Numbered from the stretch's first letter, positions 8,651 through 17,100 are shown. The stretch: 20,000 nucleotides of DNA from a bacterium (GCA_028719205.1 JAQUKH010000010.1:53440-73439); one strand, 5' to 3'. The notes: a model not told the origin generated them from the letters alone. A program made the numbers and translations.

Positions 8651-8974
8651 ATGGAAATAAGAATTACAGGCAGGCACGTTCAGGTGACAAACGCGATGAA
8701 AGATTATGTCGAAAAAAAACTATCTCATTTAGAGACGTATTTTAATCATATTATTGAAGCTCATGTGATTATGGATATCGAAAAAAAGAACAGGCATAAA
8801 ATAGAAGTTGTTTTGCATACAAATGTCGGGAAACTTTTCGGCGAGGAAGAAACAGAAGATATGTACGCGTCTATCGACCTTGTGCTTGAAAAGCTGGAAG
8901 TGCAGTTGAAACGTCAAAAAGAAAAGGTACAGGAACATAAAATAAAGAAAGATATGAAACAAGCAGAAATGTAA
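8651..8974 (+). CDS. hpf: Ribosome hibernation promoting factor (short HPF/RaiA)
   Basis: ITGRHVQVTNAMKDYVEKKL, DMYASIDLVLEKLEVQLKRQKEK; SD present; follows rpoN. Confidence 0.95.
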   Translation: MEIRITGRHVQVTNAMKDYVEKKLSHLETYFNHIIEAHVIMDIEKKNRHKIEVVLHTNVGKLFGEEETEDMYASIDLVLEKLEVQLKRQKEKVQEHKIKKDMKQAEM

Positions 8975-9012
8975 AAACAAAAATATTAACATTTGGTATG
9001 GAGGGTTTTAAG

Positions 9013-9477
9013 ATGAAACTGATGGATTTTCTTGATAAAAGAGCAATTATTCCTGTTTTAGAGAAAAAAAACAAAGAAGAAGTTATTGAAGAGATGGTTG
9101 GGAAGTTAGTAGCTTTAGGTGAGATCAAAAACAGCGAAGAAACAGTTAAAATTTTATTGGAAAGGGAAAAACTGGGAAGTACCGGGATTGGTGAGGGAGT
9201 AGCTATTCCTCACGGCAAATCAAAAGATGTTAAGAAGATCACGGCTGTTTTCGCGAAATCCAAAGATGGAGTTGACTTCGAAGCGCTGGATGGTGAACCG
9301 GTGTATTTATTTTTTCTACTGGTTGCCCCTGAGAGTTCCACCAGTGAACATATTAAAGCATTGGCAAGGATTTCCAGATTGCTGAAGGATTCTAATTTCA
9401 GAAAAAAATTAAAGATGAAGCAAACAGTTGAAGAAATTTTATTCGCGATCTCAGAAGAGGATACAAGGCAGCCGTAA
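9013..9477 (+). CDS. ptsN: PTS EIIA (Ntr/Fru family)
   Basis: LEREKLGSTGIGEGVAIPHGK (phospho-His), GVDFEALDGEPVYLFFLL, HIKALARISR; GGAGG at 9000-9004 favours ATG 9013. Confidence 0.9.
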   Translation: MKLMDFLDKRAIIPVLEKKNKEEVIEEMVGKLVALGEIKNSEETVKILLEREKLGSTGIGEGVAIPHGKSKDVKKITAVFAKSKDGVDFEALDGEPVYLFFLLVAPESSTSEHIKALARISRLLKDSNFRKKLKMKQTVEEILFAISEEDTRQP

Positions 9478-9540
9478 GCAAGTTATTCAGCCAAAGACGT
9501 TTGTCATAAGTAAAAAATCAAATAACAGAAAAGGGATTTG

Positions 9541-10422
9541 ATGCAGAAATTTAAATTTGTTATTGTAACAGGATTATCCGGCGCAGGGAAAACTCAGGCG
9601 GTTCATATATTTGAGGATTTGGGTTTTTTCTGCATAGATAATCTGCTTCCGGTTTTAATTCCGGAATTTATACAGATATGCCAAAAGTCAAAAGATAAAT
9701 TATTGAAAGTGGCTATTGTTGTTGATATCCGTGGAAGGAAATTTTTTGGCGGGCTGCAGGATGTTCTTTATAAATTAGATGACACCGGTTTTAAATATGA
9801 AATACTTTTTATTGAGGCCTCTGATAGTGTTATTTTAAAAAGATTTAAAGAGACGAGAAGAGAACATCCGTTAGGCGGCCGCCGTACAATTGAAGAGAAT
9901 ATTGAACTTGAGAGGTCTTATTTAGAACGGGTCAGGGGAAAATCCAAAAAAGTCATTAACACATCCAATCTAAGCCTTAAGGAATTCAGGGAAGAGATAA
10001 TAAATGGGTTTTTGAGAGAAAAAAAATCTAATAAAATTAATTTTTATATAACTGCTTTTGGTTATAAATACGGTTTGCCGCAGGATGCGGATCTGGTTTT
10101 TGATGTTCGTTTTTTACCTAATCCGTTCTATGTTGCCAAACTTAAACATTATTCAGGTGAAAATCAAAGCGTGCGAAATTTTGTTTTAAAATCAAAGAAA
10201 ACAAAAGATTTTCTGAAAAGTTTATTTATATTTATTGATAAAATGGTTTCATTCTATCTGACAGAAGACAGAATGCATGTTGATATAGCTATTGGTTGTA
10301 CCGGGGGGAAACACAGGTCAGTTGTCATAAGCACTGAACTAAAAAAATATCTTACCAGACAAAATCATAAAGTAAATATTGTCTGTCGTGATATGAATAA
10401 AGAATATAAAAGGATGTTTTAA
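9541..10422 (+). CDS. rapZ: RapZ/YvcJ P-loop protein
   Basis: TGLSGAGKT, FCIDNL, RFKETRREHPL, FGYKYGLP, FDVRFLPNPFY, GCTGGKHRSV. Confidence 0.96.
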   Translation: MQKFKFVIVTGLSGAGKTQAVHIFEDLGFFCIDNLLPVLIPEFIQICQKSKDKLLKVAIVVDIRGRKFFGGLQDVLYKLDDTGFKYEILFIEASDSVILKRFKETRREHPLGGRRTIEENIELERSYLERVRGKSKKVINTSNLSLKEFREEIINGFLREKKSNKINFYITAFGYKYGLPQDADLVFDVRFLPNPFYVAKLKHYSGENQSVRNFVLKSKKTKDFLKSLFIFIDKMVSFYLTEDRMHVDIAIGCTGGKHRSVVISTELKKYLTRQNHKVNIVCRDMNKEYKRMF

Positions 10423-11706
10423 GTGAAGAGGCTAAAGTGGCTTTATCCGGGAATGGGTATAAAACGCTGGTTTTCTCTCCTGGCTATCGGAATATTTTTT
10501 ATCGGAGTAAGCATGTCCAATCCATTCCGCAGGATGACAGTTTTTTTGTTTCCGGAGGACTCATATTTTTTTACTAAAAGGAATTTGTTATTTCTTGGTT
10601 TAGGGATTATTTTTGTTATTCTTGGTATCAGGAAGCTTATTAAATCTTTAACGAGTATATTCCTTCCTCAGAAAGAGGATACCCTGGTTGATATAGTTTT
10701 TGAAAATAGACAGCTTAAAAAAGGCCCCAGGATAGTAGTTATCGGCGGGGGAACAGGGATGCCTGTTTTATTGCGGGGGCTAAAGGAATATACAAGCAAT
10801 ATAAGCGCGGTCGTTACTGTGGCCGATGATGGAGGAAGTTCAGGGAAACTTAGAGAGGGATTGAAGATCCTGCCTCCGGGTGATATCCGAAATTGCCTGG
10901 TTTCTCTGGCAGATTCAGCTCCTTTAATGGGGAATTTATTTCAGTATAGATTTGGCAAAGATACTGGTTTGGATGGCCACAGTTTTGGGAATATTTTTAT
11001 CGCGGCAATGTCTGAAGTTACAGGTGATTTTAGTGAAGCGGTTAAAGAGTCAAGCCGTGTTTTGGCTATCAGAGGAAGTGTTATTCCGGTTACTTTGGAT
11101 GACGTGCAGATAGGCGCGCGTATGAAAGACGGCAGAGAGGTGATCGGAGAAAGTAAAATATCAAAAAGCGCGGGTGGTATCGGCAGGATCTTTACAAGGC
11201 CCGAGGAAATATTTCCTGCAAAGGACGCTTTAAAAGCTATTGAAGAGGCTGAAGTAATTATTTTAGGCCCGGGTAGTTTGTATACAAGTATTATCCCAAA
11301 TCTTCTTGTTAAAGGGATTCCTGAGGCAATTGAAAGATCGGAAGCGGTGAAAATTTATGTTTGCAATATAATGACTCAACCTAATGAGACAGACGGATTT
11401 TCAGTTGGAGACCACTTGCAGGCAATAAAAGATCACGTTAATAATTATTTGGCTGAATATGTAATAGTCAATAATGGAGTGATCACAAAAGATATTTTGC
11501 AAAGATACAAGGAGGAAGGGGCGTATCCTGTAAACCTGGATAGAAAAAGAATAGAAAAAATGGGAATAAAAATAATTGAAGATGATTTGTTAACCATAGA
11601 AAAGGAAGAACCTATCGCGGGGAATTTAATAAGGCATAATTCTAATAAAATAGCATACTTGGTTCTTCGCCTGATAATGAATGCGAAATATATTAATAAA
11701 ATATGA
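10423..11706 (+). CDS. yvcK: YvcK/GlmR (CofD-like) protein with N-terminal membrane segments
   Basis: GTG start; KWLYPGMGIKRW leader with two hydrophobic stretches; IGGGTG, VTVADDGGSSG, PPGDIRNC, GHSFGN, LGPGSLYTSIIPNL, NIMTQPNET, RH. Confidence 0.93.
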   Translation: MKRLKWLYPGMGIKRWFSLLAIGIFFIGVSMSNPFRRMTVFLFPEDSYFFTKRNLLFLGLGIIFVILGIRKLIKSLTSIFLPQKEDTLVDIVFENRQLKKGPRIVVIGGGTGMPVLLRGLKEYTSNISAVVTVADDGGSSGKLREGLKILPPGDIRNCLVSLADSAPLMGNLFQYRFGKDTGLDGHSFGNIFIAAMSEVTGDFSEAVKESSRVLAIRGSVIPVTLDDVQIGARMKDGREVIGESKISKSAGGIGRIFTRPEEIFPAKDALKAIEEAEVIILGPGSLYTSIIPNLLVKGIPEAIERSEAVKIYVCNIMTQPNETDGFSVGDHLQAIKDHVNNYLAEYVIVNNGVITKDILQRYKEEGAYPVNLDRKRIEKMGIKIIEDDLLTIEKEEPIAGNLIRHNSNKIAYLVLRLIMNAKYINKI

Positions 11707-11987
11707 GTACTAATAAAATGAAGCAAGAAAAAAAACTGGAAATAAAAAATAAACTGGGATTGCACGCGAGGCCGGCCGCGCAATTGGTTCAGATGATAAA
11801 ACAGCATAAATCAGAGGTTTTCATTGAAAAAAACGGCGAAGTTGTTGACGGCAGGAGTATTCTTAGTGTATTGGCTTTGGCAGGAGAACCCGGAAGCGCG
11901 TTGAAATTTATAATAAGCGGCCAGGATTCGACTGAATTAATGAATAAAATAGAAGCATTTTTCCAAAATAGATTTAATGAGGAGTAG
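11703..11987 (+). CDS. ptsH: Phosphocarrier protein HPr
   Basis: NKLGLHARPAA (His15 equivalent) and DGRSILSVLAL (Ser46 equivalent, +31 residues); alternative start at 11718. Confidence 0.95.
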   Translation: MSTNKMKQEKKLEIKNKLGLHARPAAQLVQMIKQHKSEVFIEKNGEVVDGRSILSVLALAGEPGSALKFIISGQDSTELMNKIEAFFQNRFNEE

Positions 11988-11993
11988 CTCTCA

Positions 11994-13757
11994 ATGGAAA
12001 ATAATTTTAAAGGTATTCCAGCCTCTCCCGGAATAATTTCAGGGAAGGCATTTGTTATAGACAGGGATAATTTTGTTATTGAAAAGAAGAAAATTATTCA
12101 GGGCCAGATAAAAAATGAACTTTTACGGCTGAACAGGGCTGTTGTTAATACTAAGAGAGAAATATTTGAATTAAAAGAAAGGCTTTCAAAAGAATTAGGC
12201 GATTCGGAAGCCAGGATTTTTGACGCTCATCTTTTGATCCTGGAAGATCCGGTTTTTACCAAGGATATTATAGATAAAATAGAAAAAGAAAAACTGTCGG
12301 CAGAATACGCCTTGAGTGAAATTTTAGAGAAGACAGCGCTGGTTTTTGAAAAAATCAATGATATATATTTAAAGGAACGCAGCGCGGACCTGAAGGATGT
12401 AGGAAGAAGGCTGATACATAATCTTCTGGGATATAAGAAAAGGACTATTTCCGAACTGGATAAGAAAGTTATAATTATCGCGCATGATATTTCGCCGTCT
12501 GATACAGCCTCAATGAAAAAAGATAAAGTCATTGGTTTCGCGACAGATATCGGAGGCCAGACATCGCATACCGCGATCATCGCGCGGTCACTTGCGATTC
12601 CCGCGGTGGTAGGTTTAAGGAACATAATCGGGAGTGTTAAAACCGGAGATGAGGTTCTTATAGATGGTAATCAGGGGATTGTTATTATTGAACCTTCGGA
12701 TAAGACCTTAAAGGCTTATCAGTCTATTAAGAAGAAATTTCAGGTTTTTGAAAAAGAGTTGAAAAAGGTAACAAAATTACCGGCTGAAACGCAGGATGGG
12801 CATAGCGTTGAGCTTGTGGGTAATATTGAATCTCCCGAGGAAATTGATACGGTTTTAGCGCATGGAGGTGAAGGGATAGGGCTTTTCCGGACAGAGTTCC
12901 TTTATTTAAACCGCAATAATTTGCCGACTGAAGAAGAACAGTTCGAGGTATATAAAAAAGCTGCGGAAAAGGTCGGCGCGAGGCCTATAATTATCCGCAC
13001 GCTTGATATAGGTGGGGATAAATTTATTTCTTACATGGATATATCTCCTGAGGTTAATCCTTTTTTAGGATTAAGGGCGATCCGTCTTTGCCTGGAGCAT
13101 CCGGAAATTTTTAAAGTACAATTAAGGGCGATCCTAAGGGCAAGTGCTTTTGGACAAATTAAAATTATGTTTCCTATGATCTCAGGTTTATCCCAGCTTA
13201 AAGAGGCGAAACGGATCTTAAATGAAGTAAAGGAAGGTTTAGAAAAAGATAAGATCGGTTATGATAAAGATATGGAGTTAGGCGTAATGGTGGAAACTCC
13301 TTCGGCCGCGGTCATAGCGGATATTCTGGCAAAGGAAGTTGATTTTTTCAGCATCGGTACCAATGACCTGATCCAATACACCCTGGCGGTGGAACGTACC
13401 AATGAAAAGATCGCTTACCTTTATGAACCGCTTCATCCAGCGATAATAAGATTATTAAAAAATATTATTGACGCGGGGCATAAAGAGGGTATCTGGGTTG
13501 GTTTGTGCGGAGAAATGGCCAGTATCCCTTTATTTGTTATCATACTTCTGGGTATGGGACTGGATGAATTCAGCACAAATATTGTTTCACTCCCGCTCGT
13601 GAAAAAGATCATCAGATCAACTACTTATCGTGACGCGAAAATCCTGGTTGATAATATAATGGGATTATCTTCCTCAGTGGAAATACGTAAATATATCCAG
13701 GATAATTTAACTAATGTAATAAAAGAGGAATTAATTACAGGAGAAAAAACAAAATGA
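11994..13757 (+). CDS. ptsI: PTS enzyme I
   Basis: GIPASPGI, GGQTSHTAI (phospho-His), GIGLFRTEF, RTLDIGGDK, NPFLGLRAIR, SIGTNDLIQY, GLCGEMA; no GAF domain. Confidence 0.97.
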   Translation: MENNFKGIPASPGIISGKAFVIDRDNFVIEKKKIIQGQIKNELLRLNRAVVNTKREIFELKERLSKELGDSEARIFDAHLLILEDPVFTKDIIDKIEKEKLSAEYALSEILEKTALVFEKINDIYLKERSADLKDVGRRLIHNLLGYKKRTISELDKKVIIIAHDISPSDTASMKKDKVIGFATDIGGQTSHTAIIARSLAIPAVVGLRNIIGSVKTGDEVLIDGNQGIVIIEPSDKTLKAYQSIKKKFQVFEKELKKVTKLPAETQDGHSVELVGNIESPEEIDTVLAHGGEGIGLFRTEFLYLNRNNLPTEEEQFEVYKKAAEKVGARPIIIRTLDIGGDKFISYMDISPEVNPFLGLRAIRLCLEHPEIFKVQLRAILRASAFGQIKIMFPMISGLSQLKEAKRILNEVKEGLEKDKIGYDKDMELGVMVETPSAAVIADILAKEVDFFSIGTNDLIQYTLAVERTNEKIAYLYEPLHPAIIRLLKNIIDAGHKEGIWVGLCGEMASIPLFVIILLGMGLDEFSTNIVSLPLVKKIIRSTTYRDAKILVDNIMGLSSSVEIRKYIQDNLTNVIKEELITGEKTK

Positions 13758-14797
13758 TCAAAATAAAAGAATTTGATAAATCCAATTTGTTTGATATATT
13801 AAAAAATTTTTCGAAAATATGGGAACACGCGAATGAAATCGGAAGAAAATTTGAAATTGATAATAAATATTTTAAGGAAATAGAGAAAATAGTCATATGC
13901 GGAATGGGCGGGTCAGCTATCGGCGGGGATATTATAAGGGAATACGCGGAGACTAATTCCTCTATTCCTGTTTTTGTGGACAGGAATTATATACTGCCTA
14001 AATATGTAAACAATAAAACTTTATTAATTATGATCAGTTATTCCGGAAATACCGAAGAAACATTGAGCGTGTTTCGTGAAGCCGGCCGGACAGGAGCGAA
14101 AATGATCGGATTAAGTTCAGATGGGAAATTGTCTGAATTCTGCAACAGGGAAAAGGTTCCGTTTGTTTTGATCCCGTCAGGATATTCTCCAAGGGCTATT
14201 CTGCCTTATCTTTTCCTGCCGATCTTAATTATTCTGGAAAAGTTAAAAATCATTCCGGATCAAAGCGGCCCGGTTAAAGAGGTTTTTGATGTGCTTAATG
14301 AAATGTCCGGGGAATTGTCTGTTGCTGATAAAAACAAGGCATTAGACCTCGCAAAGAAATGCCGGGGCGGTGTTCCTATAATTTGTTCAAGCCAGAATTT
14401 TTCATCTCTCGCGCTTCGCTGGAAGACGCAGATAAACGAGAACAGCAAGGCTCCAGCGTACGCCCAGTTCTTTCCTGAATTAAATCATAATGAGATCGTA
14501 GGGTGGGAAGGGAATACTATAATAGATAAAAAATTTGAATTTATTTTCCTGAAAACCGCTTTGGAGCATCCCCGTATCAACCTTCGGATGGAAATAACAA
14601 AAGACATCCTGAAACAGAAAAATCTTTACGCGAATGAGATTTCAGGAAGAGGCCGCGAACTGCTTTCCCAGATGGTTTCCATTATTTATTTCGGAGACTG
14701 GGTAAGCTTTTATCTCGCGATCCTGAATGAAGTCGACCCGTCACCGGTAAAGATCATCACATTCCTGAAAAATGAATTAGGGAAGGTTGCCTTATAA
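13754..14797 (+). CDS. Bifunctional phosphoglucose/phosphomannose isomerase (SIS family)
   Basis: GMGGSAIGGD, SYSGNTEETL, PRA, RWKTQINENSK, PELNHNEI, GDWVSFYLA..VDPSPV..I..LK. Confidence 0.92.
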   Translation: MIKIKEFDKSNLFDILKNFSKIWEHANEIGRKFEIDNKYFKEIEKIVICGMGGSAIGGDIIREYAETNSSIPVFVDRNYILPKYVNNKTLLIMISYSGNTEETLSVFREAGRTGAKMIGLSSDGKLSEFCNREKVPFVLIPSGYSPRAILPYLFLPILIILEKLKIIPDQSGPVKEVFDVLNEMSGELSVADKNKALDLAKKCRGGVPIICSSQNFSSLALRWKTQINENSKAPAYAQFFPELNHNEIVGWEGNTIIDKKFEFIFLKTALEHPRINLRMEITKDILKQKNLYANEISGRGRELLSQMVSIIYFGDWVSFYLAILNEVDPSPVKIITFLKNELGKVAL

Positions 14798-14808
14798 ATA
14801 AAATATTC

Positions 14809-14837
14809 TTGACTGCCGTAATTTTGTTTGGGATAAT
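14809..14837 (+). promoter_or_regulatory. Sigma70-type promoter for the toxin-antitoxin pair
   Basis: TTGACT-N17-GATAAT with TGn extension at 14829-14830. Confidence 0.6.
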
Positions 14838-14885
14838 AAAGCTTAGATTTTGATTTTACCAGATATCAAAAAGGATTTTTGGAAT

Positions 14886-15173
14886 ATGACGCTCACATTT
14901 GAATGGGATGAGGCCAAAGCAATAGTTAATTTCAAAAAGCATAAAGTTAGTTTTGATGAAGGTAAAACGATTTTTAATGACCCATTTTTATTTACATTTC
15001 CTGATAATGAACATTCTATAGGCGAAGAGCGTTACATAAATATCGGCATTTCTGTAAAAGGGCGTATTTTAATTTTGACTAATACTGAACGAAAGGATAG
15101 AATACGTATTATCAATTGTAGAAAAGCAACAGCGAGCGAAAGGAGATTTTATGAAGAAGGCAGTTCCAAATAA
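14886..15173 (+). CDS. brnT: BrnT-family toxin (RelE-like RNase)
   Basis: FEWDEAKA..NFKKHKVSFDE, HSIGEERY..IG, RIRIINCRKATASERRFYE. Confidence 0.92.
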   Translation: MTLTFEWDEAKAIVNFKKHKVSFDEGKTIFNDPFLFTFPDNEHSIGEERYINIGISVKGRILILTNTERKDRIRIINCRKATASERRFYEEGSSK

Positions 15174-15456
15174 TACATTAAAAAAAGACGATTTAAAAGC
15201 GGAATATAATTTTTCCAATATGAAAGGGGCGGTGCGTGGAAAATATTATAAAGCGTATCGTGAAGGACATAATGTAATCATTCACCAAACCGACGGATCT
15301 GTTTCAGTTAAATATTTTAAGCTTGAGGATGGCGCAGTTATGATAGAGCCTGATGTTAAAAAATATTTTCCAAATTCGGAATCAGTAAACAAAGCCCTCA
15401 GGTCTCTTATAGATATTGTTTCATCAAAAAACTGGGCATCTGCACATACCAAGTAA
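15151..15456 (+). CDS. Putative cognate antitoxin (BrnA-like)
   Basis: Overlaps the brnT 3' end, SD AGGAG; DDLKAEYNFS..GAVRGKY and IEPDV..YFPNSESVNKALRSL pattern typical of BrnT partners. Confidence 0.75.
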   Translation: MKKAVPNNTLKKDDLKAEYNFSNMKGAVRGKYYKAYREGHNVIIHQTDGSVSVKYFKLEDGAVMIEPDVKKYFPNSESVNKALRSLIDIVSSKNWASAHTK

Positions 15457-15558
15457 TTATAACACCTAATTAAGAATTGTTTCTGTTTTTCATCTGTGAA
15501 TAAATAAATATTTCAACAGTATTTCGTTTTATCTTTTACTTCTGGAAATAAGGAATGA

Positions 15559-15887
15559 GTAATTTTGTTTTTATTAAAAGATAAAGTTGGTTTGAAAGAT
15601 TATTCTTTTTTTAAGCGAAATAATTATACTGGTAATGTGTTAATACTGATTCATTTCCTTCACTTAAAGCAATGATGTATACTGTTTTTTATAAATTTTA
15701 TCCTGATCAAAGAAAACCAATATTATCAGATGTTTATGATATTATTATATCTTCATTATTACCTTATGTTGATTGCTTTATTACTGAAGGACATCAATTT
15801 GATGCTATTCAAAAAATAAAAAAAGTTGATAGTTTTTTAGATCATCTCGAAGTAAAATCAATAAAAGAATTTTTGAAACAATCTTAA
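15559..15887 (+). pseudogene. AT-rich gene remnant, possibly frameshifted
   Basis: The 15672-15887 frame stays open back to 15636 (CVNTDSFPSLKAMMY..); a different frame is open 15559-15675; no SD; protein-like motif SDVYD..LPYVDCFITE. Confidence 0.45.
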
Positions 15888-15989
15888 AATTATGAATGAA
15901 AATATCAGTGGTATTATTTCAAAAATACGCTTGGCTACCATAATTTTGTTTTGGATGATGGAATAGTGTGTAAAAATCGGATAATATTC

Positions 15990-16018
15990 TTGACAAATCC
16001 CATCTAATATATTACAGT
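15990..16018 (+). promoter_or_regulatory. Sigma70-type promoter for the lamin-tail-domain gene
   Basis: TTGACA-N17-TACAGT, 36 nt before ATG 16055. Confidence 0.55.
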
Positions 16019-16054
16019 CTGCCGTAAAAAAACTCAATATATTCGCAAGATTAA

Positions 16055-17002
16055 ATGATAAAATTAAACAAAGCATACATTTCCCAATGGATTTTTGTTT
16101 TTGCCCTCCTTACGTCTGCATCCGCCTTTGCCGGAAAAATACGGATCAATGAAATTTATTATGACCCGCCGGGGGTATCTTCAACTGAAGTTGACAGCGA
16201 ATTTATTGAATTGTATGTGGTTGAAGGCGGATTTGACCCTTCGGGGTGGTATCTTCTTGACTGGGACAGCGACCATAAGAAGTGGGCTGTTCCGGATTCA
16301 TGCCCTCAAGTCCAAACAGGCGATTATATTGTTTTTCATTTTGGTAAAGGCGCAAATTATGATTCTTCGGGGGTTTATCATTTTTATATGGGTGAGGCCT
16401 CATCTAAACTTTCAAACAGCGGGGATCCGATCGGGTTGAGGGATGACAAAGATATCCCCCGGGATTTTGTTACTTATAAGGGCGGGACAGACAGTGAACT
16501 TACAGCTAATGATTATTGTTCATGGCCTAATGACGGATTAAAACCTTTAGGTACTGAATTGGAAGTTCCATCTGATTCCGGGTTTTCACTGCAATTTTCC
16601 GGAGATAATATTGATAACAGCAAGAACTGGATAATCGCTGAACCTACCTGCGGGTATGAAAATGTAAAGAAAGAGATCGTTTCAAAACCATCGGATGTTA
16701 CTGATATTTTAGCCTCGCCCCAGCCGTTCATTATAGACGGGTCCGGTGACTTAAAAATAAATTTCAGCCTTACTTACGGGGCTAATGTGACTTTGAGGAT
16801 CTATGATGTCAGGGGCAGGTTGCGTGTAAGTTTAAAAGAAGAAGCATCTTTCCCCGGAGGAGTGAATAGCGTTGACTGGGATGGAAAAGATGAAGAAGGG
16901 CGGGATGTAAAAATGGGGATCTATATCCTTTATATGGAAGTAAGAAGCGAGCAGGGGGTAAGTAGTTTGAAGAAGACGGTTGTGGTAGGAAAAAGAAAAT
17001 AG
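16055..17002 (+). CDS. Secreted lamin-tail-domain protein with C-terminal FlgD-Ig / T9SS-CTD-like domain
   Basis: Signal peptide (ASAFA/G); IRINEIYYDP..SEFIELY, LSNSGDPIGL and PTCGYEN (lamin tail domain); SPQPF..VTLRIYDVRGR..WDGKDEEGRDVKMGIYI..KKTVVV (FlgD-Ig-like). Confidence 0.8.
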   Translation: MIKLNKAYISQWIFVFALLTSASAFAGKIRINEIYYDPPGVSSTEVDSEFIELYVVEGGFDPSGWYLLDWDSDHKKWAVPDSCPQVQTGDYIVFHFGKGANYDSSGVYHFYMGEASSKLSNSGDPIGLRDDKDIPRDFVTYKGGTDSELTANDYCSWPNDGLKPLGTELEVPSDSGFSLQFSGDNIDNSKNWIIAEPTCGYENVKKEIVSKPSDVTDILASPQPFIIDGSGDLKINFSLTYGANVTLRIYDVRGRLRVSLKEEASFPGGVNSVDWDGKDEEGRDVKMGIYILYMEVRSEQGVSSLKKTVVVGKRK

Positions 17003-17030
17003 CATGGAGCATGGGGCATAGCGCATGGAG
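17001..17030 (+). repeat. Heptamer tandem repeat (nGCATrG x4)
   Basis: agcatgg-agcatgg-ggcatag-cgcatgg-ag, starting within the TAG stop. Confidence 0.8.
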
Positions 17031-17035
17031 TAAAA

Positions 17036-17068
17036 AAGTCACAAGTTGCAAGGTCACAAGTCACAAGT
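17036..17068 (+). repeat. Heptamer tandem repeat (AAGTCAC x4.5)
   Basis: aagtcac-aagttgc-aaggtcac-aagtcac-aagt. Confidence 0.8.
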
Positions 17069-17076
17069 GAATAAAT

Positions 17077-17100
17077 GTAGGGGCGACCGGCTGGTCGCCC
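17077..17100 (+). repeat. GTAG-type REP-like element
   Basis: GTAG followed by the perfect 8-bp stem GGGCGACC-GGCT-GGTCGCCC, GC-rich in an AT-rich context. Confidence 0.75.

Noticed and set aside
11994-13757. Calling enzyme I ptsP (EI-Ntr)
   Set aside because: No N-terminal GAF domain; 587 aa matches PtsI.
14850-14885. TTG start extension of brnT
   Set aside because: BrnT proteins begin just before FEWD; ATG 14886 fits better.
16095-16439. 114-aa alternative-frame ORF
   Set aside because: Nested in the lamin-tail gene, no motif or SD.
16680-17002. Flagellar hook-capping protein FlgD
   Set aside because: Only the Ig-like domain is present, in a Sec-secreted protein with no flagellar context.
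17001-17100. Possible CRISPR array or intrinsic terminator
   Set aside because: Units are 7 nt with no spacers and no cas genes; the hairpin has no + strand U-tract.
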